Shown here piece by piece: positions 36,629-48,770 of a DNA stretch of 64,000 bases. How positions within the stretch are numbered: the stretch's first letter is position 1; the number at the start of each line of letters is the position of its first letter. The translations under genes were made by a program, and so were the position numbers. A model generated the notes under the pieces. That model saw only the letters and a program-made list of their open reading frames with translations, did no database searches and was not told the DNA's origin. Origin of the DNA: Takakia lepidozioides (lineage: Eukaryota; Plantae; Bryophyta); assembly GCA_030704615.1 (NCBI GenBank), contig CM060733.1, forward strand, positions 63,116,001 to 63,180,000, given 5' to 3'.

Positions 36629-39135
36629 TTGTCAGGAAGTGGTTCGCATAATTCGGCCTTCCTGGTGTTCTCTTATCACCTACTCTCCACTGCCCACACT
36701 CCCGTGCTCGTGCATGCAATGTCTCTCAACTCCGACATCGCTGTTTTCTACTCCAACGCGCAAGCGGAGTATCTGAGTGCCGTAGCCGACGGGAATGGGC
36801 TCGCCGTTGTTCAAGAAGACTTGCTTTACGTAACCTTCCGCTTTGAGGCAGGGACTGTACATGTGGTGAGAGAGGCGTATGACAAAGTGGGGAAGGTCGA
36901 GGGCACATGCGTTCAGAAACCACATTTGTCTGGCAGTCGGCGAGAGTGGAGAGTTCCACCAGCAAAGTATCACGTTCATGGGGATCAAAGACGTCTGTCG
37001 GGAGGTTCCATAGTCACACCCGGAATAGCAGCTTTGGTGGCTCAGGTGCCAAAAACTCTGCCCATCAAAAGAGAAGAAACAACCTCCACCACATTTGTTG
37101 ATATCTCCGATAGTTCAGAAGAGGACGTGTCGGAGCTCCCCCCTCCTCCAAATCAACGTCTGCTGGAGGACCCCGATGTGCAAGAGATCGCAAGTGTCAT
37201 TCCAAAGTTGCAGTCCTTGAGGGGGTTGCCAGGATGCAAGAGTGATGTGAGAGACATTGACTGGGATACACAGCGAATCATTAGAGCAAAATACCTACCC
37301 ACTGAATTTAATGGTGATATCATTTTTGAGCTGCCACCAGCGACATCCTCTGGGGGATTGGCAGGACGAATGGCGGGCATGGACAAAAAGCGCGATGGAC
37401 ATCCATGGTGCCGGACGAAAACTTCCAATATATGCAATCCGCATGGCTTGAAGTTCCGTAGATCGATTTGCGTTGGACACCTCCATTGTCCAAATGCTTC
37501 TTGCCAGCACTTCCAAATGGACGGTTCGGCAAACGAGACGGAATGGGAAGGTGTCTGTGACAACCCTTTCAAAGTAGGTTGTGCTCTTGCAAGCAACAGT
37601 ACTCTCGTTTGCAAGTTCTGTAAATTGGTCCCACAGTGCATCGCAGATTGCAATGCACGTATGTACTACGTGCTTCACATTGCAGTTACCTCACAAGGGC
37701 ATGTATCCATTTCGGCATTCATGCACATCCAGTGTCCTAAGGACAGTGCAGAGAGACTATTGATACAGTCCGTTCACTACTTGAACACGAAATTCATAGT
37801 GCTCCTGGTGCATCGCCATCAGCCATTGCTCTAGCAGCAAGCAAAGGATTCCTACAAAAGTATTTGTTTGGGGAATCACGAAATCAAATCAACGTCCTAA
37901 GGGGGGGTGCTGCCAACACATGCTTTATGGATAGCATCCTGGAGTTGAAGCGTATAAGCCGATATGACTTCATTCAGGACAGTGTTTTCCCAAGGCAAGG
38001 TGCCAGGATCTTCATAAATCCTGGATTATGTTTGATCATGTGAAATGTGTGAAGGAATGGACGACCATGGCCTGTCATGTATACGATCCTACATACCAGA
38101 GAGTGATGACTATTGTTGTTTGTGACATGGAGTCGGAGGACACAGAGTCACAAATTCTTATGTGGAAGTCCCTTGTGAACGTCATGACAGCTCATGGTGT
38201 CCCAGATCCAAACTTCACTGGGTTCATGGCTGACAGCGTTCAAGCAAATTGGAATGCTGTCCGCACTGTTTTTGGTTCAGGCAACCCCAAACTACCAACG
38301 CACTTGCCTCTTTCATTGGAGCCAGTCCCTACAACGCCACACAAAGAGTTCCATAAAACTGGAGTTGCGGAAGGAGCATATGAGACTATGCCGTCTGTAT
38401 AAAGATGCCACCTCTGAGCAGGAAGCCAACTCTATGTTCCAGACTATTCAAGCATGGTGGTACTCATCTGAGGCAGTGAGTTTGGATGGAATCAAAGAAC
38501 TAGAAGACTGGTTGGGGTTCTGGCACTTCAGATATAGACAGTGGGGTGCCTTCATGACAACTGTAAGTTAGTAGCGTAATAGCATGATTTTGTTTTATTC
38601 CTTCTCGTCGGGAGATATGTCATAGAACGAACAGGCCGTCCAATCCAATTCTTATGCTGGTGTACGTAATCATGCTTGTGTTGAATTGCATGTAGAACAT
38701 GTCACTGGAGGACATTGCCGATATGCCCTCTTGCAGTCTAGCGGAGACTGTGCATAGTAAGTAGATGTCGCAATCCGGAAAAAACGGGTGGAACCTGTAC
38801 GTTGCAACTGCAGATGACATGGTCCGGGCAGTTTTGCAACAAACAAGGTACCGGGACTTCTTGAGGGGACGGGGTGCTGGCAAAGGTCCAGACAGAGAAG
38901 AGTTGCTACTCAGGGCTGCAAATAGAGCGAAGCGTGCTGTAAATGAGTTCACAAATGGAACACCTTTGCAGTCTAGGCTCCCACATCTGGAAGGGGAGGA
39001 AAGATTTGGTTCATGCAAGCGCAAACTTGACACCCCTCCAGGATCCGCTGGTGACTCCCATCGGCATGACAGGGATAAATACTCAATTCCTCGTGTGCCT
39101 GTGCCTCCGACATTCAAATCTGGCAGTCCTGTAGT
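36629..39135 (+). mobile_element. MULE-type transposase pseudogene with an N-terminal GCM-like DNA-binding domain
   Basis: HPWCRTKTSN...FRRSICVGHLHCPN...CKFC..C (GCM/WRKY-like); MFDHVK...CDMESED...FMADSVQANWNAVRTVFG; CLFHW (CxxH); frameshifts and introns. Confidence 0.75.
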
Positions 39136-39355
39136 GGGGGGTTGCTATTCCATGAGCTCATGAGCGGGCATGGCTCACCCATGAGCCGCAAAGTAACACA
39201 CTTCGAATTTCGGCAGATTTTTTTTGGGCCCAAAACTATAAAATAATCAAAAATCGAAGATTTCCGCGCTCATGCTGGAAGCACTCCGCTCATGAGTACC
39301 AGTGTACGCTCATGACTTGGAGCCCAGGCTCATGGACCGCTAGGCCAGGTCATAG
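39136..39355 (+). mobile_element. Transposon end of the GGGGG-N-TGCTATTCC family, with catgagc subterminal repeats
   Basis: GGGGGGTTGCTATTCC; the same terminus occurs at 45816 (minus) and 47832 (plus). Confidence 0.6.
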
Positions 39356-39369
39356 AAAAACTGAATTCT

Positions 39370-39874
39370 GGGCAATAACGGCACCAAAATTATCCCAGAG
39401 GCAGAGACGCAAGCGGAATTAGGATCCGGGTTTGCAGACTCCGAAAACGCAATGGCGACCTATAACCGTGGATAGTACTGTTGCAGAAGTGCATGATGGT
39501 TGGGTATAACGGCGCCGTAATTGGGCACAGGAAAAGAAATAGCCGGCTGAAGGCTCGGGAGTGAAGCCAACAACGGTGAAAGTAATTGGGCTCCGCCAAC
39601 CAAATACCCGGCTGCATCCTCCGGAGTGCAGGCGATAACGGCGCCGAAATGGGCCCCGAAAATCAAATACTCGGTTGAAGCCACCGGAGTGCAGCCGATA
39701 ACGGCGCCGAAATTGGGTCCGGAAACCAAATACCCGGCTGAAGGCTAGGGATTGCAACCAATAACGGCGCCAAAATTGACGTGCGGAAACAAAATTCTTG
39801 GCTGAAGCTTCCGCACTCCATCCAATAACGGCGCCAAAATTGGGCTCCGGAGAGCAAATACCCGCCTTACGGTA
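39370..39874. repeat. Array of ataacGGCGCCgaaattggg units (~63-bp period) ending in a TA-flanked CCGTAAGGCGGG TIR-like end
   Basis: Units near 39376, 39507, 39636, 39699, 39761 and 39826; cccgccttacgg-ta at 39861-39874. Confidence 0.75.
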
Positions 39875-39914
39875 AGGGAGGCCTTGCTCTCATTTTGCTC
39901 TTCACTCTTCTCTG

Positions 39915-40397
39915 TTGTGCCCATCTCCTCCCTGCTTTGAGTTCGTGCTATGTCGTGAGGCCATGTCGTGCCCGAATCACATCTATCGACGCCAGACGGG
40001 AGTCATTTTCCCGAAAGCAGACGACATCATTGTTTTCCTGGATGTTTATAGGGACGATCCTCGACTTGTCCAGCTGAGAGCAATGGAGTTTCTTCCAGGA
40101 TTGCACGATTCTCCTGGACCCCGGCTGGGGAGCAGGTGGTTCCTACGCATCATGGACCTGGACTTTCCGCATGAGTGGGAGCCGAACAGATCACGCACAG
40201 CGTTGCTGTATCGCTGGAATTGTTGCGAGTGGACGTATGATGAGTGCACAGGTGAAAACTTTACGCGTGGACGGACTGGCTCGGAAAGTGGGGACATTCT
40301 CTTCAGTTATGAGGATGAGGAGGAGGGGAACACATGGCCCACTGTGACGGAGATGTTTGATAGTCCATGTTTGGGAGAGAGCCTCACGCATATATAG
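39915..40397 (+). other. Orphan ORF of unknown function
   Basis: About 150 aa open frame with protein-like composition; no motif recognised. Confidence 0.25.
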
Positions 40398-41624
40398 ATT
40401 GAGAGGTCTTGTACCTGGAGAAGTAAATTGTGTTACCATGGGTGGCGGTTGACATGGGGAAGTCTGTTGAGATTGCTGGTCTTGAGCAACAAAGGGCCTT
40501 TGGAGTTTGTGTGGCTGATCCTGCTAGACAGTGGGTTGCCACTTGAAGTTGGGAGGCCATCTGGGACATAACAGCTGTACATCAGAGAGTGATAACAATA
40601 CATTGTATGCAATGCGAAGTACTTTTATCAAGGAGGAGGGGAGTAGCCAAGACTGGGGAGAGGGGTGAGTGTGCTTCCTGAGAATAAATGGACATTGAGA
40701 TGATTGGGGACGAAGGTGGAGCCGCCACTGCTGCCACTGCTAGGGCTCCGGAGTATTCCTACTGGCAGCTGCCTTCCTGATGCTGTTGTGCTGGTGCTGA
40801 TGATGCATTGAGGCACGGGCAGGGACGGAAATTCAGCGGGAAGACATGTGAGTGGAGGGAGTGGTGGGCGAGCTGGGAAGGTTGAGAGGCCAACAGTTAG
40901 GGGTGGCGCCGTCCTCAGGGCAATGCTGCCTGGAAGAGAGAGTCGCTCGAGCATGAGAGTAGCTTTTGAAGTCCCAAACATAAGACAAAGTGTTGTTTGC
41001 TGCGACACTATGGCTCTTCATAAAGCAAAAATACTCGGACTGTTGTCTCGCATGAGCTGTGTTATGGAGCCTTTGCAGCAGGAAGTTACTAATGGCTGCA
41101 ATCCTATCATGTTTCCTAAAGCACTTGACATGCTTCTCTGATGGGGTATGCCGAAGGTTGAGATCAAGGTGGAGAGGGTTGACGTCAAAAATGGGAGGAG
41201 GCAAAAAGGTTTGCATTGTGCTTGGAATGAATACAGCCACTTACAGCAGCATTGCAGCTGGGGGAGCGGGGGTGGAGTCTCCTCAGCTGTCTATGCTGGA
41301 GCACCGGGATGATAGTGTTGGCAGCTGCAGCTTGACGTGAAACGTTCATGCTCTTCCATCACAGTCTCTACTTCATTATCACGATAGTTCTTTTGTTGAT
41401 CCCTCTCCTTCATGCTGGCTGCGGGCGCCCTTTTGTACTCCCTCTTTTATCAACACAACACTTACAAGCTGTTGATGATGCCCAGTGTCTCCCCTACCTA
41501 ACTTATGCCCTCTCATACTACTACACACCAAGATTTTGCGCTCAGATCTCTCTGTTGACCCCCCCGCTCCCCTCCTGACAATAAATCTCTCTCCACACCT
41601 ACACTACCATCACACACCCCACCA

Positions 41625-43040
41625 CGTCCGCTGTAAATGCATATATTGGTACAAATTTCTTTTCAGATCATTTTTTTATCTTAAGGCAGACAGTTTAGGC
41701 ATTGTATTGCCAAAGCAGGGCAGTTTGCGAGTTATCTGGGAATCGCTGGTAAATCACGTAGGAACTTGGATCATGTCTGAGATGACCATGGAGAAGCTCT
41801 GGCGTCAAAATTTGAAACAATATATGACGACTGTTCCAGTCCCGGATTGCGATCTCTCTATTATCCTGCCTTTCAAGTCCAGTAGGAGCACACGGTGAGG
41901 AGTCTTGGCAATTGGAGGAAACAATCTGTATAGCGATGAACTATCGCGACAAAGCAAGTGCTGCATCAGAGCAAACGACGGATGAATGAGCTTCTCGACG
42001 AAGTTTTGAACTCCTCAGTGATGCAAAGTGTGTAGGAGGGAACTCCAGAAGATCTGTGACCCAGTGGCAGGGCCAAAGACCCCCTGGGGCACCACCAGTA
42101 TTTTTACTGCCACGAAGCGACAGACTGCCTATATGGCGAAACCATGGAAACCAGCAAAAGGTATGGTTTTTCTTCCCCTCCCCTGAGAATTTATAAGCAG
42201 CTACAATGCATCTAATTATAATTGGTCACCAAGTTTGGTGATTTTGGAGGTGATGAAAGACAACATCAAATTATCAAGCTAGAGGCAGTTGCGAAGGGCG
42301 ATTAAATGGAATTCTAGCTCATCCAATGGATGAAAAATGGAAATTCGACCTGCAAGCTGGATGGATGAAAAAACAACCTAGCGCCAACTGGTCATCCATT
42401 GGATGGATGAAGAAACCACATTTATCATTATCTCCAAGGTTTTCCATCCATGGTTATTATTTTATGGTGTTCTATCGTTTTTAAATTATAGACTCATGTA
42501 GAAAATAATAGTTTAAGACTATCCTTCACTAGTTTAAGAGCCCCAAAAACACAATAAAAGAAGAGCAAGCTCTTCTTGTTCTTCATCTAGACTCATTTCT
42601 TTGCTTTGGTCTCTTGCTTGTGTAGTTAGTTTTGAGCTTGAGAGAGCTAGATCCTAGAGGGTTGAGCTTGTGGCTTTCTAATAGTAGAAGTAGAAGCAAG
42701 CATGGTGAGAGCGGGATAGTCCTAGCTCAAGGCCTTGTGGCTATGTGAGGCAAGAAGTAGAGGAAACGCTCCATGAGGTGGGAGACTTGAGGACGAGTAG
42801 GAGGCCGGAGGAGGACCAGATTTGAGTACCATTCTACCGAGCGATTTAGTGCATCCTGAGCACCACTTGTTTCAGAGGGTGACTTACCATATTATCTTGA
42901 CCTTTGAATTCAATTATTCCATTTGTTGTTTAAGCTTGTCCCAAGAAGGGACCTTATAGCTTTGCTTGCTAGAAATTTATAAAAACTAACCCTCTTTCAA
43001 AGAGGATATGTGTGAATCTTGATGTGCATGTGTGAAGAGC
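41625..43040 (+). mobile_element. LTR-like repeat (second family); further pieces at 21530-22359 and 47412-47560
   Basis: Repeated elsewhere in the window, non-coding, with LTR-like composition; no TSD found. Confidence 0.55.
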
Positions 43041-43146
43041 ACAGGTATGAAGCCCCAAGAGACAGGGCCTTAGGAATCTAACCCAATTACGTCATGGAAG
43101 TGAGGGTAGATGTCCATTATTCAGTTTAAGGAGAGGGCGAGGTTGC

Positions 43147-44445
43147 AGAGAGAGAGAGAGAGAAGACTCCGGCCGTAGCCGGCGTAACTAAGAGCCACTT
43201 CGCCTTACGGCTACTGCCCCCTTTCGGAGGTGGGCCCTATAAAAGGAAGGGCGTCCTGTGGGACACCAGGTAACCAAGGAGAGAGAGAGGGGGGAGGGTT
43301 GCTATGAAACCCTAAGTTCCCAGGGTGCACTAGGAGGGCTAGCTTCAAGTTGGCGTTTGTTGGTGATGATGGCTGTAAGGGAACGAAGTGCTGTAAGATG
43401 GATTGCTTTGAAACATTGATGAATTGGGAGAATGGGTATTTTGAAGTTATCATGTAAATCATTGATACTGGCGTTGTGTATGCCGCTTCGGGTTCCGGCA
43501 GTAATGACTGTGAGTGGGCCAGTCTTCCATCCCTGCCGACGAATTACAAGAATGAGTGGGGCGTATTATTGTCGCTTTTCCAGGATTGAATCGTGGGGGT
43601 ATCGATCATGGCAGAATGTAAACTCGATAAAGAGGATGATGAGCTGTGGGGATGGTGAGGTAGGTGGCGAGGCTGTAACGGGTAGCCCCTGGATAATGAG
43701 TATGTCCGGGCAGAGCCGGGCGGGGCATGAGCAGGGTATTCGGGTACAGGTACATGGTAAAAGCCATGGAGGCACAGTGTGGTCTAGTGGTCTCCCTTGG
43801 AAGGTACCGACGTTAATGATTGTGAACCATCGGGTTTCGGCGCGTTGTGTGAATAGTTTGTGGAGATGCCAGACTGCTTGGTTGTGGCGGGTGATATGAA
43901 TACCATGGATGACCGGATGCGTGCATTGGCTCAGGAGGTGCGGCCAGGTATCACGTGCATTGTGGGTTGTGGAGCACAATGGGCAGTAAGGTGATGGAAA
44001 GAGATGTGGCCAGAAAATATGTTTGCGTTGGTGACCCATGTATTGGGCGTATCTGAATTTAAGTGTCTGGCGTATTTGTGCATCAGTGGTAGCTTTGGTT
44101 TGCCAGAAGTGGTTCGAGAGTTTGTGGTGTAATACCTCGGATTGAGTCCATTTTTGAATATGCACTTTGGTATGACTAATAGAGGCTGCGGCCTGTTCGT
44201 TTGCTTCACGGGTGAGGGTGGCCAAGAGATTGGGTGTGGGTCGTGGTGCGATAGGGTTCGGAACTGGGTGTAAAAACCAAAAGGGGTAGGAGTGGGCGAT
44301 GTGGATAGGGTCGTTTGTGGGGTTGACTTTGAGTTTGGTGGCACCGAGCTGAGCGAGGAGGTCGGCCTCCTCATTCCCTTGAATGCCAGTGTGCGAGCGT
44401 CTTTGAGTAGGTGTACTGGATGCTTTATAGAAACGGCAGCGTTGA
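43147..44445 (-). mobile_element. 3' part of a Dualen/RandI-like non-LTR retrotransposon (RNase H - CCHC - restriction-like endonuclease) with a (CT)n tail
   Basis: SHTGIQGNEEADLLA (RNase H); CPLC..DTWPHLLSQC..RHNQAV; PDILII..IEFTFC (RLE); (GA)n on + at 43147-43166. Confidence 0.8.
43169..43238 (-). ncRNA. Structured RNA element in the LINE 3' UTR
   Basis: CUCC-GAAA-GGGG, GC-AGUA-GCC-GUAA-GGC-GAA-GU and CCGGC-UACG-GCCGG stem-loops. Confidence 0.55.
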
Positions 44446-45816
44446 CACCGGTGTTATTGATACAGGGGAGACGTCCGACAAAGAGCTGGACTCCGACTTT
44501 GCCTGTGAGTAAATTCAACCTGTGGATGCTTGCATTATTGTTTCAATACCCATAATCACTGTTCTTAAGGCAAAGTGCACATGGGAGACATCATCTTTGT
44601 TGTTTCCGGCTCAGCCGTCTTTTGCACTGGATGCAGGCAGGCACATAACTGCTTCACACCTGTTTTAACAACTGTTCTTCAAGGACTCTTTAACTGTCTG
44701 TCAGGTATTTGATAAACGAAATCCACGGAAGTCGTGGGCCTCTCCACTTTTGAGCTCCGTCTAGCTCGGAATTATTGTGCATTGCATCATTGTATTCAAA
44801 ATGGGTTTTTCTCGACTTGTGCAGGAGTCCATGTGCTTCCACTGACCCTCCAGGACTATGACACCTTTTTGGACTTCTTTCAAGTCCTCCTCAGTCTTAT
44901 ATGCTGCCCGTCTATGCGGAGGCACTCGTAGCAAGCATGTCCGTTCATGGCACTCGCAGTCCAACCATCGACGGCCGTGGTAGAAGACGTGGTGTTGGGG
45001 CCAGAATCTTTGTGGATGACATAACACAGGAGGTCGATTGTGACCCTGTAAGCATCGTTCAGCCACACTGTTGCAAACTCCCTTCACATCCTCGATGCAC
45101 CCACATTTCGCATACATGTCCACGAGGGTGATATTGCAAATTGCAAAAACAAACAAACGTGATGGGTTGGGCAGTACATTCTCGCATCATTTGCTCGTAG
45201 GTCTCCAAACCTTTCCTGCCAGAACAATGCTTGGTAAATTCTGCCAGCATTAAAGTCCACATGATCAAAGATCGTTCAGGCATCTTTTTGAACACATGAT
45301 GAGCATCCATGATGCTCCCACACTTACCATACATGTTCGCAAGGGCGGTGAGTAAGAAAATATTTCGCAGGGATCCGCTTTGGATGATGTGAGTGTGTAC
45401 CTGCTTTTCGGGCCTTTTATCCTGATGAACTAAAGCAAAAGACAAACATACGTATGTGGATATGCTGCAATGCCTCCTTGGTTCAAAATTAGAAGAGCCT
45501 CTTCTAGTCTGTCTGCCTCACGAAGCATCTTCACATGCCAAGAATGGGTGCCGACAAGCTGTGTTCACGACGTAGCCACATCCCTATGCAAGGGCTTGGT
45601 ATGTTAATAACGTCTAAATGGATGCAATGGATAGAAATGATGGATACAATGGATGTAACACATCCAGTCTGCATTGCCTGGAAAGGGCGGATCAACCCGC
45701 GGTAATAAACCCTGCATGTTTGCTCCGGCATGCTGACGTGGCGTGAGCCTGTGCTGGGCTCATGGGCTCCTGGGCTCACAGGCTCATGCCTCCAGGCTCA
45801 AGGAATAGCAGCCCCC
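44446..45816 (+). mobile_element. Right end of an MTase-carrying DNA transposon: MTase C-terminal tip, antisense PLS-PPR fragments, gagccc repeats, GGAATAGCAGCCCCC terminus
   Basis: Inverted homolog of 47832-48835; ..ETSDKELDSDFACE* at 44447-44512; PPR text LTALANMYGKCGSIMDAHHVFKKMPER..W on the minus strand at 45059-45400. Confidence 0.75.
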
Positions 45817-45879
45817 ACATAGAGAAGTGTAACTAGGTGAATCATGTTTTCAAAGAGGTAAGGTGATGGTGGTAATTGG

Positions 45880-46400
45880 TATTTGGAATGGTGATAGTTG
45901 GGGGTTGGGAAGCAGGCCATCCAACACCACATTTTGTAGAGTAAGTACCATGGGGTAGGCCAGATGTTTTGACAGGGTGGGAAGCATGAGATAAAGAGCC
46001 CATGGGGTGGGAAGAGTTTGCATTTTTGAACATGTACGTATACTGATCTAGGTAGGGAGTGGCAGCTGGATTGGTGGTGGATGGGGGCTGGAGAGCAGGT
46101 CAACCTGCACCCTGTTTTGTTATGTAAGTACCACGGAGTAGACCAGCAGTTATGAGAAGATAGAGAACATGAGATAGAAGTCCAACAGGGTGGGAAGAAT
46201 CTGCATTTGTTGACATGTTTGCGTTTTGAACAAAGCAAGAGGGGCAACTGAATTGGAGATGGTTGGGGGCTGGAGAGCAGGCCACCCAACACCCCATTTG
46301 GTTATGTAAGTAACATGGAGTAGACTAGATGTTTTGACAAGACAGAGAGCGTGAGATAGAGATCCCACGGAGTGGGAAGAATCTGCAATTTTTGATATGA
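45880..46400. repeat. Three degenerate 180-bp tandem repeats
   Basis: ggggctggagagcagg...gtaagtaccaYgg...gggtgggaaga blocks near 45900, 46080 and 46260. Confidence 0.75.
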
Positions 46401-46465
46401 TTGTATACTGAACAAGGTAAGGAGTGACTGCACCATTGGCATGACCATGGGGGTCCTCCACATCT

Positions 46466-47411
46466 TGTTATTGCCTGGGCCATGGGTGATTTTTGGTGAC
46501 AGTAGATGGAGGTTAATTTTGCGCAGACTTACGGATAGTAGACTCAGACCAACAAAGGCCTTAGGGGTGACAGACATAAGCCTTAGGGGTGACAGGCACA
46601 GACCTTAGGGGTGGTAGGCAGGCTCACACAGTCAGTCACGGGTTTACACAGCTTATCACAGTCAGTCACAGCCTGACACAACCTTACATAGCTTGTCACA
46701 GCCCGACACAGCCAGCCACAGTCCGACACAGCCTGTCACAGCTCGGCACAGTCACAGCCCGACACAGCTTGGCACAGCCCGTCACAGCGTATACAGCGTT
46801 ATCATTGGCAGGGAACGACTATGTGGAACGAGATCTGCAGAGGGAACGTGCATTCTGTCTTGGATGACAGTTAGTTAGTTAGGCAGTTAGAACAACTTGC
46901 AGGTAGAATAGGCAGAGTAGCGACATGGAGGGGGACACTTCTGGGGGGAGATCACTTCTTGGACGTCACTTCTTAGAGAGCACGATCGTGGAGCATAGGG
47001 ATGGAGATTACGACGAGATGATGTTTGATTCATGCAAGCTGTAGAGATGCACTGTAGAGCAGGTTAGAGACACCATGGCTTCGGCCTGATACATGATAGA
47101 TATTAATATGATTCCTATTTCATATTCACACCGTGTAGAGAGACATATGAGTGAAGCTGTGGAATGAATGCTTGAGTAGTTGGAACATGGTAGATTGCAA
47201 AAGCAATCTGATACTTAATCATAGACAATAAGGTAAATTGCTAACATGAATGCGAGAAGGTATACAAATAGGAAGCACCCCCATGATACACTAGTTGTAG
47301 GTCATGACTAATTGTTCTGAACGGGCTGAGTGCTTAGAGATTTCCAACTCTTTTATCTTGGAGTTTCCACCTCGGATAGCTAAGGGATGGGTGAGTAAGA
47401 GCCGCTCGACA
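46466..47411 (+). mobile_element. Isolated LTR of the CACAGC-repeat family
   Basis: TG...gccgctcgaCA with an internal cacagc array; no matching TSD (CATCT vs GCAAG). Confidence 0.8.
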
Positions 47412-47831
47412 GCAAGATGAAGAACTAGATGAAGAGCAAGAGAAGCCTTGCTCCTCTTTTATACTGTTTTTGAGCCAAATAAACTAATAAAAAATATTCA
47501 TTAAATTATTGTTTCCTTGGGGGATCTATAATATAATATTCAACATGGATGAAAAGTCTTAGAGGCTCTTTGGCTTGGAGGGGTGCAGTGAGGATGTTTT
47601 GTGATAAGAATGGAAATTTGTTAGTGATAGCGTCAAGTTCTTGTATGTTTGTAGATGCGTCGGCTAAATGCTCACTTAATATTTTGTGGATTGTGCCGGG
47701 TTTGGTTTGTAGTAAATGTAGAGATTTGTGAAGGTTATGCAGGACATGTGGGGGTGCTAGGTAGTTGTGGGGGTGTGTGGGTAGGTTGCGTAATTTTTGT
47801 AGAAGTGAGCGTATTTGTGTGTCTAGTGCCA

Positions 47832-48770
47832 GGGGGGGGTGCTATTCCGTGAGCCCGGAGGCACGAGCCTGTGAGCCCAGCACAGGCTCACGCCACGTCA
47901 GCATGCATGCAGGGCCTATTTCCGCGGGTGTCACCGCGGGTTGATCAGCCCTTTCCAGGGAATGCAGACTGGATGTGTTACATCCATTGTATCCATCCTT
48001 TCTATCCATTGCATCCAATTAGATGTTATTAACATACCAAGCCCTTGCATGGGAATGTGGCTACGTCGTGAGCAGGTGCACACTCACATCATCCAAAGCG
48101 GATCTCTGCGAAATGTTTTCTTACTCACCACCCTTGCGAACCTGTATGGTATGTGCGGGAGCATCATGGATGCTCACCAGAAGAATGCCTGAACAATCTT
48201 TGATCACGTGGACTTTAATGTGATGGATTTACCAAGCATTCTTCTGGCAGGAATGGTTTGGAGACCAACGAGCAAGTGATGCGAGAATGCACTGCCCAAA
48301 CCAAAGACGTTTGTTTGTTTTTGCAATGCACACAAGCCTGTGAGCTCCGGAAAACACTAAAGAGATTGAATGAACAATCCGGGCAGTCCATGCAACCCCC
48401 ATCTCCAACGATAGTTTGTTCCCAGGAATTTGCATCCCACGCACACATTGCAAACAGGACACCACGTCTTCTACCACGGCCGTCGATGGTTGGACTGCGA
48501 GTGCCATGTACGGACATGCTTGCTGCGAGTGCCTCCGCATAGACGGGTAGCATGTAACTGAGGAGGACTTGAAAGAAGTCCAAAAATGTGTGATAGCCCT
48601 GGAGGGTCAGTGGAAGCACACGGACTCCTGCACAAGTCGACAAAAATCCATTTTGAATACAATGATGCAATGCACAAGTCCAACGAAGAGGATGTCTCCC
48701 ATGTGCACTTTGCCTTAAGAACAATGATTCTGGGTATTGAAACAACAATGCAAGCATCCACAGGTTGAAC
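47832..48770 (-). mobile_element. Second copy of the MTase-carrying transposon end with PPR fragments
   Basis: GGGGGGGGTGCTATTCC at 47832; PPR fragment on + at ~48070-48330. Confidence 0.75.

Noticed and set aside
43169-43238. Hammerhead ribozyme
   Set aside because: A stem followed by GAA is present, but the CUGANGA core is missing.
45059-45445. Functional PPR gene
   Set aside because: Only 2-3 frameshifted motifs, duplicated inside transposon ends.
46466-47411. Solo LTR with TSD
   Set aside because: The flanks CATCT and GCAAG do not match; reported only as an isolated LTR.
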